This document shows positions 1-11,829 of a stretch of 64,000 bases of DNA, one piece after another; position 1 is the stretch's first letter; every line of letters starts with the position of its first letter. Where the stretch lies: assembly GCF_006345805.1 (NCBI RefSeq), contig NC_042998.1, positions 193,254,001 through 193,318,000 of the forward strand, given 5' to 3'. Both the position numbers and the translations under genes were made by a program. The stretch comes from Octopus sinensis (lineage: Eukaryota). Under the pieces are notes generated by a model. It saw only the letters and a program-made list of their open reading frames with translations, did no database searches and had not been told where the DNA came from.

Positions 1-1192
1 AAATTTATTTCCTTTGACTCTCAGCGTCTATTTTCCGATAATTTATTATTATTTTTAAAAAATCATATTGCCAGAAATACGATGTAAAATAATTTTTTTT
101 TTCTTTAAATAACCAAAATTTGAAAAAATAATAATAAACAAAATTAAATTGGGGCAACAGTTTTGAAATATAGGAAACATTGGGTATGTATATATGTTTT
201 TGTATGCATGTCTGACGTGTGTGTATTTTCTTTGAGAATTATTCAAATTATTCTCTTTATTTATGAAATATGTATGCATATGTATGCATGAAAGAACGTA
301 TGCATTTTTTGTATGCATGTATTTATGCCGGGTATATATTCTTGTGTTGTTTCACTTTGAAATTTATTCAAATTTTTCCTTCAAAATTATTCTATTTATG
401 TTTGTATTATGTATACATTTGTAAGTGTATATGTAATTTTATAGACCAGAGGTGTGTGTATGCATGCATCACTATCTTGAACGGTGTGCGTTCAATGTTT
501 CTTCCCCTTCAGTTTATGAGAGTTGTTCTTAGTGCAGTTTTGCCATCATCAACATTAACAATATTTTTATGATTTTAACGTAATTCCCACCACAGCAGTG
601 TTCGCATTTGCCCTCCCCTAGTCTCTCATTATACATGTACACTCCCAACGAGTTTGTTTATAAGCATTTTTGTATAAATATTTTATGTTCCGGAGAGTTG
701 TTGCTGAAAACTTCTTGGCTTTGGGTAGAAGAAAATGTAGGAGGTTTAGTTAATCATGATCTTATTCAACATATTCTCTTTCCGAATTCACACATTTATT
801 GCAGCAGACCTTTAGTTGTTCTAAGCCCTCCAAAAAAAAAAAAAAAAAAACTCGGAAGGATGATCCTTCAGCCAAGCCCTTCGCGATACCCTTAGCCGTT
901 CAAGAATTTGGATCTGGAGATCTCCATTTCCAGCGACTTCGAGGGCCACCTCCCAGTAGTGTCGGGCGTCAACGAAGAGCCCTCGACTACAACAAGACGA
1001 CCAAAGATTTTTTTTTCCAAGGTCTGGGGTCTCCCGCCCCTAGGCCCTAGACCATCACCTAATCACCCTTACACGTTTTGTTGCTTAACAACAACAACGA
1101 TACCCTTAAAGCCAGGAACTTTTTAGTATCCCCTCGTTTATATGAAGCCTTTGTGGCTAATAAATTATCGTCGTTATTGATATCTTTTTTAA

Positions 1193-1404
1193 AGCGGCGA
1201 GCTGGCAGAATCGTTAGCACGCCATGAAAAATGCATAGCGACATTTCATCCATCTTTACGTCCTGAGTTCAAACTCTACCGAGGTCTATTTTTGCTTTCA
1301 GCCTTTCGTCGTCGAAAACTTAAGCACCAGTCAAGTACTGGGGTCAATGTTATCGACTTACCCATTCATCGCAAATTTTAGGCCTTGTGCCTATAGTAGA
1401 AAAG
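1193..1404 (+). mobile_element. SINE family A (tRNA-like head + Meta-core-like body), decayed
   Basis: Head GCGGCGAGCTGGCAGAATCGTTAGCACGCC, B-box-like GAGTTCAAA, tail GGCCTTGTGCCTATAGTAGAAAAG; matches many copies in the window. Confidence 0.75.
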
Positions 1405-1428
1405 ATTATTATTATTATTATTATTATT

Positions 1429-1949
1429 GAGTGAGAGAGCAGTTCATGCCATCAAAGTGACACTGGGGTAAAATATACGAAGCCCAATATACCCATCATG
1501 ACTACCCGTCTGATAAAGGTACACCAGGCACATGCATCACAACCATATGTGCGCGACATGGTGATCTCATATCAAGATAAACAGCACATGACCTTGCAGG
1601 TGGGGCCCAGTTAGAATTTTCTTCAGGTTGAGTAGCCCATCCCGCTCAAACGGTCCCTGAATAAGGGTTGTTTAAGGATGTTGAAAGAACCACCCATGTT
1701 TCCAGAGGTGAACTATTCAAACCCCAAAGAATCCCTCTCAACACATGGCTATGATGCTCCCCCACTACTTCTGCTCATGATCAGAGATGCACATATCGTC
1801 AGCCACTAAGGGACATGCTCAACTGGTTAAGGTCAAACAACTGACAAGCAAATCTGTGGTATTGAGCAGAATATTTGCTGTAGCCCATCTTTTATACCAA
1901 GACAAAACAATGTACATGATAACACTTCCAATCAGTTAAGATCAGAAGC
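1429..1949 (-). mobile_element. ~555-bp (TAA)n-flanked interspersed repeat (family D), copy 1, truncated
   Basis: Highly similar to 2000-2556 and 56282-56836; bounded by (ATT)n; orientation inferred from a (TAA)n tail. Confidence 0.75.
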
Positions 1950-1980
<31 letters not shown>

Positions 1981-1999
1981 CATTATTATTATTATTATT

Positions 2000-2556
2000 G
2001 AGTGAGAGAGGAGTGCATACCATCAAAGTGACACTGGGGTAAAATATACGAAGCCCAGTATACCCATCATGACTACCCGTCTGATAAGAGTACACTAGGT
2101 ACATGCATCACAACCATATGTGCGCGACATAGTGATCTCATATCAAGATAAACAGTACATGACCTTGCAGGTGGGGCAGAGTTAGAATTTTCTTCTGGTC
2201 GAGTAGTCCATCCCGCTCAAATGGTCCCTGAATAAGGATTGTTTAAGGATGTTGAACGAACCACCCATGTTTCCAAAGGTAAATTATCCAAACCTCTAAT
2301 AATTCCTTTCAACACACAGCTATGATGCTCCCCCACTACTTCTGCTCGTGATCAGAGATGCACATATCGTCAGCCACTAAGGGACATGGTCAACTGGTGA
2401 AGGTCAAACAACTGACAAGCAAATCTGTTATATTGAGCAGAATATTTGCTGTAGCCCCTCTTTTATACCAAAACAAAACAATGTACATCATGATAACACT
2501 TCCAATCAATTAAGATCAGAAGCCATGAGAGCCACTGTCTGGTACTGCATAGGGCA
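2000..2556 (-). mobile_element. Family D repeat, copy 2 (tandem to copy 1)
   Basis: GAGTGAGAGAG...GTACTGCATAGGGCA, flanked by (ATT)n on both sides. Confidence 0.8.
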
Positions 2557-2566
2557 TTTATTATTG

Positions 2567-2619
<53 letters not shown>

Positions 2620-2620
2620 T

Positions 2621-2835
2621 CAGGCGGCGAGCTGACAGAATCGGTACAACGCCGGGCAAAATGCTTAGCGGTATTTCGTCTGTCCTCTTGTTCTGAGTTC
2701 AATTCTGCAGAGGTTGACTTTGCCTTTAATCCTTTCGGGAGTCGATAAAATAAGTATCAATTGAGTACTGGGCTCGATTTGATCGACTTAACTCTCCCCC
2801 AAAATTGTTGCCCATGTGGCAAAATTTGAAATCAT
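2621..2835 (+). mobile_element. SINE family A
   Basis: CAGGCGGCGAGCTGACAGAATCG head; core GTTGACTTTGCCTTTAATCCTTTCGGGAGTCGATAAA. Confidence 0.8.
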
Positions 2836-3121
2836 TGTTATTATTATTCCTTCGTAACACAGTGTAGGTAAAATGCACTGGAGTCTTTAGTCATCTGTCA
2901 AGTCACAACAAGAACGTCAGACAGATAATACTTTCCTTAAGAAGTGCGTTGTGCCCAATAAAGCTGCTTTTTGCGAGACATCAATAGCCTTATTGGGCTT
3001 AAGAAGTTTTGATAATTCAATGGGATTGAGCCCAACGCTCCGATCACCGCTCGTATCACTTTTATATTACCCTCTCGCATTCCATACAGTCATGCCATCT
3101 CCACTTTCAATTCGGAGGTAC

Positions 3122-3350
3122 TGGAGCTGGCAGAAACGTTAGCACGCCGGGCGAAATGCTTACCGGTATTTCGTCTGCCGTTACGTTCTGAGTTCAAATT
3201 CCGCCGAGGTCGACTTTGCCTTTCATCCTTTCGGGGTCGATAAATTAAGTACCAGTTACGCACTGGGGTCGATGGAATTGACTTAATCCGTTTGTCTGTC
3301 CTTGTTTGTCTCCTCTGTGTTTAGCTCCTTGTGGGTAGTAAAGAAATAGG
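3122..3350 (+). mobile_element. SINE family A, near consensus
   Basis: Head, core GAGGTCGACTTTGCCTTTCATCCTTTCGGGGTCGATAAATTAAGTACCAG, tail GTGGGTAGTAAAGAAATAGG. Confidence 0.9.
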
Positions 3351-3590
3351 TACTGTACTACATTTCAAAAGCCATACACTGACATGCAATCAGTAACAAT
3401 ATACTCACCAAACAAGCGCTGTTAATGTTTCTTATGTTTCACACGAGAACAAATAAAAATATCGCGTGTTCTGCAGAACAGAAGAAACTGATGAATATGT
3501 AAAATAATTTTTTTTTATTAAGCCTCACTGGCTTATTCGCAACACCCGTGCCTGTTTAGGCACTATGATTTTGTGTATATCGCTATCAGA

Positions 3591-3824
3591 GATACCTATT
3601 TCTTTACTACCCACAAGTGGCTAAACACAGAGGGGACAAACAAGGACAGACAAACGGATTAAGTCGATTACATCGACTCCAGTGCGCAACTGGTACTTAA
3701 TTTATCTACCCCGAAATGATGAAAGGCAAAGTCGACCTCGGCGGAATTTGAACTCAGAACGTAACGGCAGACGAAATATGGCTACGCATTTCACCCGGCG
3801 TGCTAACGTTTCTGCCAGCTCGCC
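3591..3824 (-). mobile_element. SINE family A, near consensus
   Basis: Reverse complement of 3122-3350. Confidence 0.9.
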
Positions 3825-4264
3825 TCTCTGCCAGAGATACTGTTGCTATCTCCAGCGTCCGAGCTTCTACCACTGACAAGACCAGGGAAGGCCGAAATCA
3901 CGTGATCTGGTAGCCTCGGTGGTGGCGATGGGTAGGGGTGGGGGTAATTTATATCCTCGTTAACGATGTAAACAAAAGTGCTTCCATGCACCGCGAGCCG
4001 ATATTAGAGGTTCACTCATCGTAACTGTCACGGTATACTGTGTTCTAACACAAGATCCACTTTCAGATGCTGACAAGTATTTCCTTTTGAAATTTACTAA
4101 CGATTCATCGGTAGTCAGTGAAATAACCACGTACTGTTACCTTTTAATATTTCGATGGACTTGAATGTCTTCGTTTCTATATCGTCACAATGCTTCACTA
4201 CTTTAATAATACGAACAAACCGAAAGCAGTAACTGTATTACGATTTTAAAAGCTTAGGCTCCTA

Positions 4265-4989
4265 ATATATTTCTTTACTACCCACAAGGGTCTAAACACA
4301 GAGGGGACAAACAAGGATAGACAAACGGATTAAGTCGATTATATCGACCCCAATGCGTAACTAGTACTTAATTTATCGACACCGAAAGGATGACAGGCAA
4401 AGACGACCTTGAGGGAATTTGAACTCACAACGTAACGGCAGACAAAATATCTATTTCTTTATTGCCCACAAGGGGCTAAACACAGAGGGGACAAACAAGG
4501 ACAAACAAACTGATTAAGTCGAGTATATCGATCCCAGTGCGTAACTGGTACTTAATTTATCGACCCCGAAAGGATGAAAGGCAAAGTCGACCTCGGCGGA
4601 ATTTGAACTCAGAACGTAACGGCAGACGAAATACGGCTGCGCATTTCGCCCGGCGCGCTAACGTTTCTGCCAGCTCGCCGCTATTACTCACAACGTAACG
4701 ACAGACGAAATACGGCTGCGCATTTCGCCCGGCGCGCTAACGTTTCTGCCAGCTCGCCGCTATTACTCACAACGTAACGACAGACGAAATACCGCAAAGC
4801 ATTTCGCCCGGCGTGCTAACGTTTCTGCCAGCTCGCCGCTATTACTCACAACGTAACGACAGACGAAATACCGCAAAGCATTTCGCCCGGCGCGCTAACG
4901 TTTCTGCCAGCTCGCCGCTATTACTCACAACGTAACGACAGACGAAATACCGCAAAGCATTTCGCCCGGCGTGCTAACGCTTCTGCCAG
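4265..4989 (-). mobile_element. SINE family A multimer with tandem 79-bp head array
   Basis: Two body+tail units at 4265-4610 plus head repeated with 79-bp period (unit ends 4680, 4759, 4838, 4917, truncated 4989). Confidence 0.9.
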
Positions 4990-5085
4990 TTCATACACTT
5001 TTGTGAATGTGAGGATTCCGACCACCGACCATGTTTATAAATACAATCATGTATCACTTCAAAATTAAAAGCGCACAAATACACT

Positions 5086-5100
5086 ACACACACACACACA

Positions 5101-5133
<33 letters not shown>

Positions 5134-5166
5134 CACACACACACACATACACACACACACACACAA
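5086..5166. repeat. (CA)n microsatellite
   Basis: Direct inspection. Confidence 0.95.
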
Positions 5167-6055
5167 ATTATGCATACTGGAAGCAATAGATTGCATGGTA
5201 TCTGATGATCTAAGAAACATTAATTACACAAGATATTAGACATGATCAAATGTTAATAGATATAATTTTCGACATGTTGCTTAATCTTATAGCGAGTGTC
5301 AGCATTTCAATAAAATACTCAGGAAATAATGTAATGATATTTGATAAGTTAATTCATCTTTGAGAAGAGAATTAAAACTGACTTTGCAACGAAGGACAAA
5401 CTATCGCATACACTACTGCATATTTTATTAAATCTAATTATGTCGCTATGAGTGTCGTGAATGTTAAGAAATGAAGAGTGGATGAGACTGTAAAGGGGAA
5501 AACTTAATGTGTTAGAGGGATTAAAGAAGAGGGTAAGAACTATAGAGAGGGATAGTGTGGCAACATAAAGATATTTTCAAGTCACCAAATGTAAAGATCA
5601 GTGACATATCACGCGACATATCACGCAAGAAAACAGAAAGTCATCTTATGTTATAATTTAATATGCTATAATTGTAATTTTATGTTAATGTGAGGAATTT
5701 TTCTAGGGCGGCGTATATGAGAAGTGCTAGAACGGCAGATAACATGCCTAGCAGTATTTAGTTGGCTCAGTGTGTGGGCTGTCCGACTGTGGCTGACTTC
5801 AACTTTCACCCGTTCGGGGTCGATGAAATACGTAAAATGCAGCAACGTGGTTGTCGGATTTAACTGGTCACAACTTTGTTTAAAATGCATAGAAATAATC
5901 TCCGGCTACACTTTGAATACATTTTTTGCAAAAGAAACTACCCTTCACATGTACATCTGCATACATGTAGTATGAACGAATGGTAGTTCACTTCGGAGCT
6001 GGGGTTCCTGATCTCAATCGCACTATGTTGTGTTTTAGGGAAACGGCAACTCCTA

Positions 6056-7346
6056 CGAGGGGCGTTCAATAAGTAATGCTTCTGACCCACTTGCAGTTAT
6101 TTTATCTAGCTGAAATGTTGCATGTACAATTATTTATATCTTTATAGATTAAGTGGCAAATTACAGCTCTGAACTAATTGTAGTTTCTGATTTACAGGTG
6201 TTTGAACTGAGTCAAGTGTGAAATGGAGCCTGGTGAGTGTCGAGCAGTGATCCGGTTTTTGTATTTGAAAGAACGCATACCACGGGAGACTTTTGATGAA
6301 ATGAAAGTAACTTATGGTGATGATGCCCCATCATGTGACCTTGTAAAACGCTGGCATCGTGAATTCAAACATGGTCGGAACTCTGTGGAAACAGCTCCCA
6401 GATCTGGTCACCCACTTCTGCCATTGATGAGGCATCTGTCCGTCATGTTGAGGCTGCCATTTTGGAAGATCGACGCATAACTATTCGCCAAATAGCCCAT
6501 GAGGTCAAGATTAGGACCGGGTCTGTGGAAACTATCATTCATGACCATTTGCATATGCAAAAGCTGCATGCCAGATGGATTCCTAGGTTGCTCACATCTT
6601 TCCAGAAGCAAGAACGTGACGATTGCTCGAGGATGAATTTGGAGATGTGCCAAGAAGATGAGTCAAAATTTTTCAAAAGACTGATCACACAGGATAAAAC
6701 CTGGGTCCATCACTATGATCCAGAGACCAAAGCCCAGTCAATGCAGTGGACACACCGTGACTCACCCCCTCCAAAGAAGGCAAGGGTGCAGCCCTCTGCT
6801 GGCAAGGTCATGCTCTCAGTCTTCTGGGACCAGGACGGAGTACTGATGACAGATTTCCTGGCAAAGGGTGCCACAATTACAGGAGCCTATTATGCTTCAC
6901 TTTTGAGGAAATTAAGAGAAGCTATCAAAATCAAGAGGCGGGGCAAGATCAGCAAAGGCATCCTCCTCTTGCAGGACAATTCTCCGGTTCACAACTCGCG
7001 TGTCGCCAGATCAGAAGCACAGGCGTGCGGCTATGAACTCATCTCCCATCCCCCTACTCTCCTGCCCTTGCACCCTCTGATTTTCACCTCTTCCCAGCCA
7101 TGAAGTTGTTTTTGAAAGGAAAGCGTTTTCCAGATGATGCAGCATTGATTTCTGAAGTCACGTCGTGGTTGGAGGACCAAGCTGGGGTCTTCTACAAAAA
7201 CGGTCTTCAGAGCTGCATCAAACGATGTGAGAAATGCATAACTCTGGGATGTTCCTAGGTAGAAAAAGACTAATAACTGTGCCAAGTTTCGTTGCTCTAC
7301 TGCTATGAGAAGTGGGTCAGGGGCATTACTTATTGAACGCCCCTCG
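6056..7346 (+). mobile_element. Full-length mariner (Tc1/mariner, D,D34D) DNA transposon, 1291 bp
   Basis: 37-bp TIRs CGAGGGGCGTTCAATAAGTAATGC(TT/CC)CTGACCCACTT; TA at 6054-55 and 7347-48. Confidence 0.97.
6223..7273 (+). pseudogene. Mariner transposase pseudogene (2 frameshifts, late premature stop)
   Basis: MEPGECRAVIRFLYL..., WIPRLLT, ITQDKTWVHHYDPETK, QDNSPVH, YSPALAPSDFHLF with 34 residues between the 2nd and 3rd D; frameshifts near 6412 and 7052; TAG near 7258. Confidence 0.95.
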
Positions 7347-7520
7347 TATAGCCCCTGCTCGGCCTATACTTTGTGAGTGAAATTGGGTCGATGGAAACTG
7401 TATAAAACCTTCTCGGATGGACTGTATATGTGACTGAAAGGTACTTCCTTGTCATACAATGGGTCAAGTTGATTCTCCTTGAAAATTTTATTAAGTGTAC
7501 ATGTATCGGTGGAATGCTCA

Positions 7521-7936
7521 AGGCGGCGAGCTGGCAGAAACGTTAGCACGTCGGGCAAAATGCTTAGCTGTATTTCGTCTGCCGCTACGTTCTGAGTTCA
7601 AGTTCCGCCGTGGTCGACTTTGCCTTTCATCCTTTCAGGATCGATAAATTAAGTATCAGCTGCGTACTGGGGTTGATGTAATCGATTTAATCCGTTTGTC
7701 TGTCCTTGTTTGTCCCCTCTGTGTTTAGCCCCTTGTGGGTAGTAAAGAAATAGGTATTTCGTCTGACGCTACGTTCTGAGTTCAAATTCCGCCAAGGTCG
7801 ACTTTGCGTTTCATCCTTTCGGGGTCGATTAAATAAGTACCAGTTACGCACTGGGGTCGATATAATCGACTTAATCGGTTTGTCTGTCCTTGTTTGTCAC
7901 ATCTGTGTGTATCCCCTTGTGGGCAGTAAAGAAATA
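7521..7936 (+). mobile_element. SINE family A dimer with TSD
   Basis: Head + two body/tail units; GGAATGCTCA at 7511-7520 and 7937-7946. Confidence 0.9.
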
Positions 7937-8348
7937 GGAATGCTCAGCCAATCGGATCCAAGCTTTACGGAAGATTTCAAATACTTAGTCTCATATGTGA
8001 TGAGCTCAAGAGAGTATTGTCTCACCGCTAAGGAAATGGTATTGACGAACCTTGAATGACAATATCTTTCGCTCTTTTGTTAAATCAGAGCTTTTGTATT
8101 GTTCAAAGTTTCCTATCGGGCATCAAAAACGATTGAACTTCAGTGTAGAGTGTACAATGTTTTGCGAACTCTACAGTTTGTTAGGCTTCTGAAATCCTCG
8201 GCCAGATGTCGGGTAAGGTCGAAAGCTCTTCTCTCCAGATATCATTGGAAACAATAAGAGATATGAAATGAGAGACTGTAGTGTGGTAATACAGGAAGTG
8301 GGATTCGAAGTCATTTTGAGGTCCATCTTTATTCAACTAGAATAATCA

Positions 8349-8396
<48 letters not shown>

Positions 8397-8397
8397 C

Positions 8398-8800
8398 CTT
8401 TCTATTATAAGAGCAAGGGCTGAAATTTTGGAGAGGATGAGAGTTGATTACATCGACCCCAATACTCAGCCGATACTTATTTTATTGAACCTGAAACGAT
8501 GAAACGAAAAGTCAGCCTCGGCAGAATTTGAACTCAGAATTTGAAGACGGACGAGATAACGCTAAGCATTTTGCTCTACGAGCTAACAATTCGACCAACT
8601 CGCGCCTAATCATAGTGATTTCAAATCTTGGTACAAAACCAGCAATTTCGCGGGGAAAGATAAGTCGAGTTCAACTGGTAGTTATTTTATCAATCCAGAA
8701 AGAATGAAAGTCTATGTCCACCTCGGTGACATTTGAACTCGGAAACTAAAGACAAACAAAATGCCGCCTAGCGTACTAACAATTATGTCAACTCGCTGCA
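8398..8800 (-). mobile_element. Two decayed SINE family A copies
   Basis: Degenerate GAAAAGTCAGCCTCGGCAGAATTTGAACTCAGAA and CACCTCGGTGACATTTGAACTCGGAA; adjacent (AAT)n/(ATT)n tracts. Confidence 0.65.
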
Positions 8801-8803
8801 ATC

Positions 8804-8838
<35 letters not shown>

Positions 8839-8917
8839 TATCATTATTATCACTACCATTATTATTATTATTATTATTATTATTAATATTATTATTATTA
8901 TTATTATTATTATAATA

Positions 8918-9335
8918 GGCGCAGGAGTGGCTGTTTGGTAAGTAGCTTGCTAACCAGCCACATGGTTCCGGGTTCAGTTCCACTGCGTGGCATCTTGGGC
9001 AAGTGTCTTCTGCTATAGCCCCGGGCCGACCAATGCCTTGTGAGTGGATTTGGTAGACGGAAACTGAAAGAAGCCTGTCGTATATATGTATATATATATA
9101 AGTGTGTGTGAATATGTTTGTGTGTCTGTGTTTGTTCCCCTAGCATTGCTTGACAACCGATGCTGGTGTGTTTACGTCCCCGTCACTTAACGGTTCGGCA
9201 AAAGAGACCGATAAAATAAGTACTGGGCTTACAAAGAATAAGTCCCGGGGTCGAGTTGCTCGACTAAAGGCGGTGCTCCAGCATGGCCGCAGTCAAATGA
9301 CTGAAACAAGTAAAAAGAGAGTAAAGAATAAAGAG
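8918..9335 (+). mobile_element. SINE family B (tRNA-like head, CORE-like body, internal (TA)/(TG) tract, LINE-like tail)
   Basis: GGCGCAGGAGTGGCTGTTTGGTAAG head; TTGGGCAAGTGTCTTC core; tail GGCGGTGCTCCAGCATGGCCGCAGTCAAATGACTGAAACAAGTAAAA. Confidence 0.9.
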
Positions 9336-9358
9336 TATTATCATCATTATTATTATTA

Positions 9359-9392
<34 letters not shown>

Positions 9393-9399
9393 CATTATT

Positions 9400-9461
<62 letters not shown>

Positions 9462-9474
9462 CATTATTATTATT
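9336..9474. repeat. (ATT)n microsatellite
   Basis: Direct inspection; source of the poly-Y/N/I ORFs. Confidence 0.95.
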
Positions 9475-9477
9475 TCG

Positions 9478-9640
9478 AATTTTTGTCACAAGGGCAGCTT
9501 GGGGGAGGTGGGGATGAGTCGATTACATCGACTCCAATGTTCGACTGGTACTTATTTTATCGACCCCGAAAGGATGAAAGGCAAAGTCGACATAGATAAA
9601 ATTTGAGCGCAGAACTTAAAGTCGAACGAAATGCTGCTAA
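9478..9640 (-). mobile_element. SINE family A, partial
   Basis: CTGGTACTTATTTTATCGACCCCGAAAGGATGAAAGGCAAAGTCGAC. Confidence 0.75.
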
Positions 9641-10421
9641 ACAACAAGAAAAGAAGGAATCGGTGACCTCGCTTTCGTCAGACATTCTGGTGACGGGCAA
9701 TAATCTGAAACGTCGAAGTCGATCAAAATTTTCATTGTAAAAATAAATATGTACTTAGTAATCAAACAGTTTAATGTTAGATTTCGTTACACACACACGC
9801 ACACACACAAAGAACTTTACGTAAAAATAAATTTATATGTACGATAACACACATAAACACCCAGATGTCAAAGACACAGAAAAAATTCCTTTCATTTCTG
9901 TTTATGAAAACAGAACATCATATGCATTTATGGATATGCTTACATATATGCACATATGCATACGCATAATACATTCTAATACATATATGTAACACTGAAG
10001 TAGTATGTATAAACGAACAATACAGAGATAGGTAGTTATGCGTGTTGTGGTATGCATATATAACGAGAGTGAGTAATTTGTTTGTGATTAACGGTTCACG
10101 CTTGTTCAACATAACACAATATTCTCATTTTATACATTTTTGCTGTTACGCACACAATTTACAATTCGCTTGGCATGCTATTCGGGTAATTTTTGCTGTT
10201 TCATAAAAACTTTTCTGAATATTTTTCTCTTGTTCCAATTTCTAAAAATCATGTGATATTTATTTAACCTTAACTTAAAAGAGATACGGTAAGAATAAAA
10301 GAATATGAAGGTAAAAGAGACAAGGGAATAAAGCGGAAGTGCGAATATTTATCTGTTTAGAAATTTATGTTGTTTTCATAGAGAAATGAAAGGAATTTTG
10401 TCTGCGTCTTTAATATATCTC

Positions 10422-10453
10422 TGTGTGTGTGTGAGTGTGTGTGTGTGTGTGTT

Positions 10454-10496
<43 letters not shown>

Positions 10497-10576
10497 TGTG
10501 TGTGTGTGTGTGTGTCTGTGTGTGTGTGTGTTGTGTGTGTGGTGTGGTGTGTGTGTGTGTGTGGTGGTGTGTGTGT

Positions 10577-10634
<58 letters not shown>

Positions 10635-10718
10635 AGTGTGTGTGTGTGTGTGTGTGTGTTGTGTGTGTGTGGTGTGTGTGTGTGTGTGAGTGTGTGTGTG
10701 TGTGTGTGGTGTGTGTGT

Positions 10719-10762
<44 letters not shown>

Positions 10763-10771
10763 TGTGTGTGT
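10422..10771. repeat. Long imperfect (GT)n tract, ~350 bp
   Basis: Direct inspection. Confidence 0.95.
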
Positions 10772-11829
10772 GGAATCATGTCATATCATCAATAGAACAA
10801 GCTTCAAATAATAGATCGCTGAAGGCAAACGAGAAAAATCACTCACAAATATATCATTATTGACACGGGCATAGAGTACAGATTTTCAGCCAAGTGAAAG
10901 CTTATAAATATACAGCCCTTGTGGTTGAGAAACCTATGAATTCTTAATTGGTATCCAGTCAGAATCTTCACTTCGGGCCTTGTTTTACTCTGACTGTTAT
11001 TTTAGTTGCGCTGTGAAGTGTAGAATGTGTTGCGTTAATTTGTGGACAGAATCAGTGAATGAAACATAATGTAAGTAGATTTTTACATGATATGTTTGAG
11101 GCAATCTTGATAAGTTTATTCTCTGGCTTATTAAATGTTCAAAACAAAATTTCTGAATTCCATTCATCTAGAAAAAGAAAACAAATAAATTAGAATAATT
11201 TCCATTCGAAAAAACAAACAAAAATGTGAAAGACTGCTCCTGGTATAATGGTTTGAACTTAAATATTTGAAATTATTTTACAACGTAGAATTTAATAAAA
11301 ATACTTTAACGTAATACATATCATATCAAATTTCTCTTTTTATTTATGTTACAGATGTAGAAGAGCGAGAGAGTGAGAGAGAGGTGGTATGGAGGGACGG
11401 ACCTATAAAACAAATAACAGAATCAGAAGAGAACAAGAACTTTATTACTGGCCAGACACCAACTAACGTGAAATGTCATATTCAAACGAACCTAGTTATG
11501 AAACGAAGAAAAGCAATCTAAGCGGATCTGGAAAGTATGAGCAATCTCTTGAATATCAGAAAGTGTCGAACTTTTATATATGATTGATACATATCAACTG
11601 ATAATAAAACGTGACCTGTAACCAGGTGCGATTTACATATTCTCTTCGCAAGAAAGTAGATTCAGATTTCATCCCTCGGGAAAGTGTCCTTCCCTACCGT
11701 CTTACTTCAACTAAAGCCTTTTGAGTAAAGTTTGCAAGTTGAAAACAGAAATACGCCCAAGAGCCGAACCTATCGAAGTCTTAATCCGTTTGAGAAACAT
11801 TTGGCATCGAGAGTTACACAAATACTATA

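Noticed and set aside
870-1010. Minus-strand peptide DARHYWEVAL resembling the SPRY RHYWEV motif
   Set aside because: No surrounding SPRY features or splice sites; a 6-aa match is expected by chance.
4608-4989. CRISPR-like regular array (also 29143-29445)
   Set aside because: Eukaryotic context with no cas genes; units are whole tandem copies, or motifs too degenerate for repeat-spacer structure.
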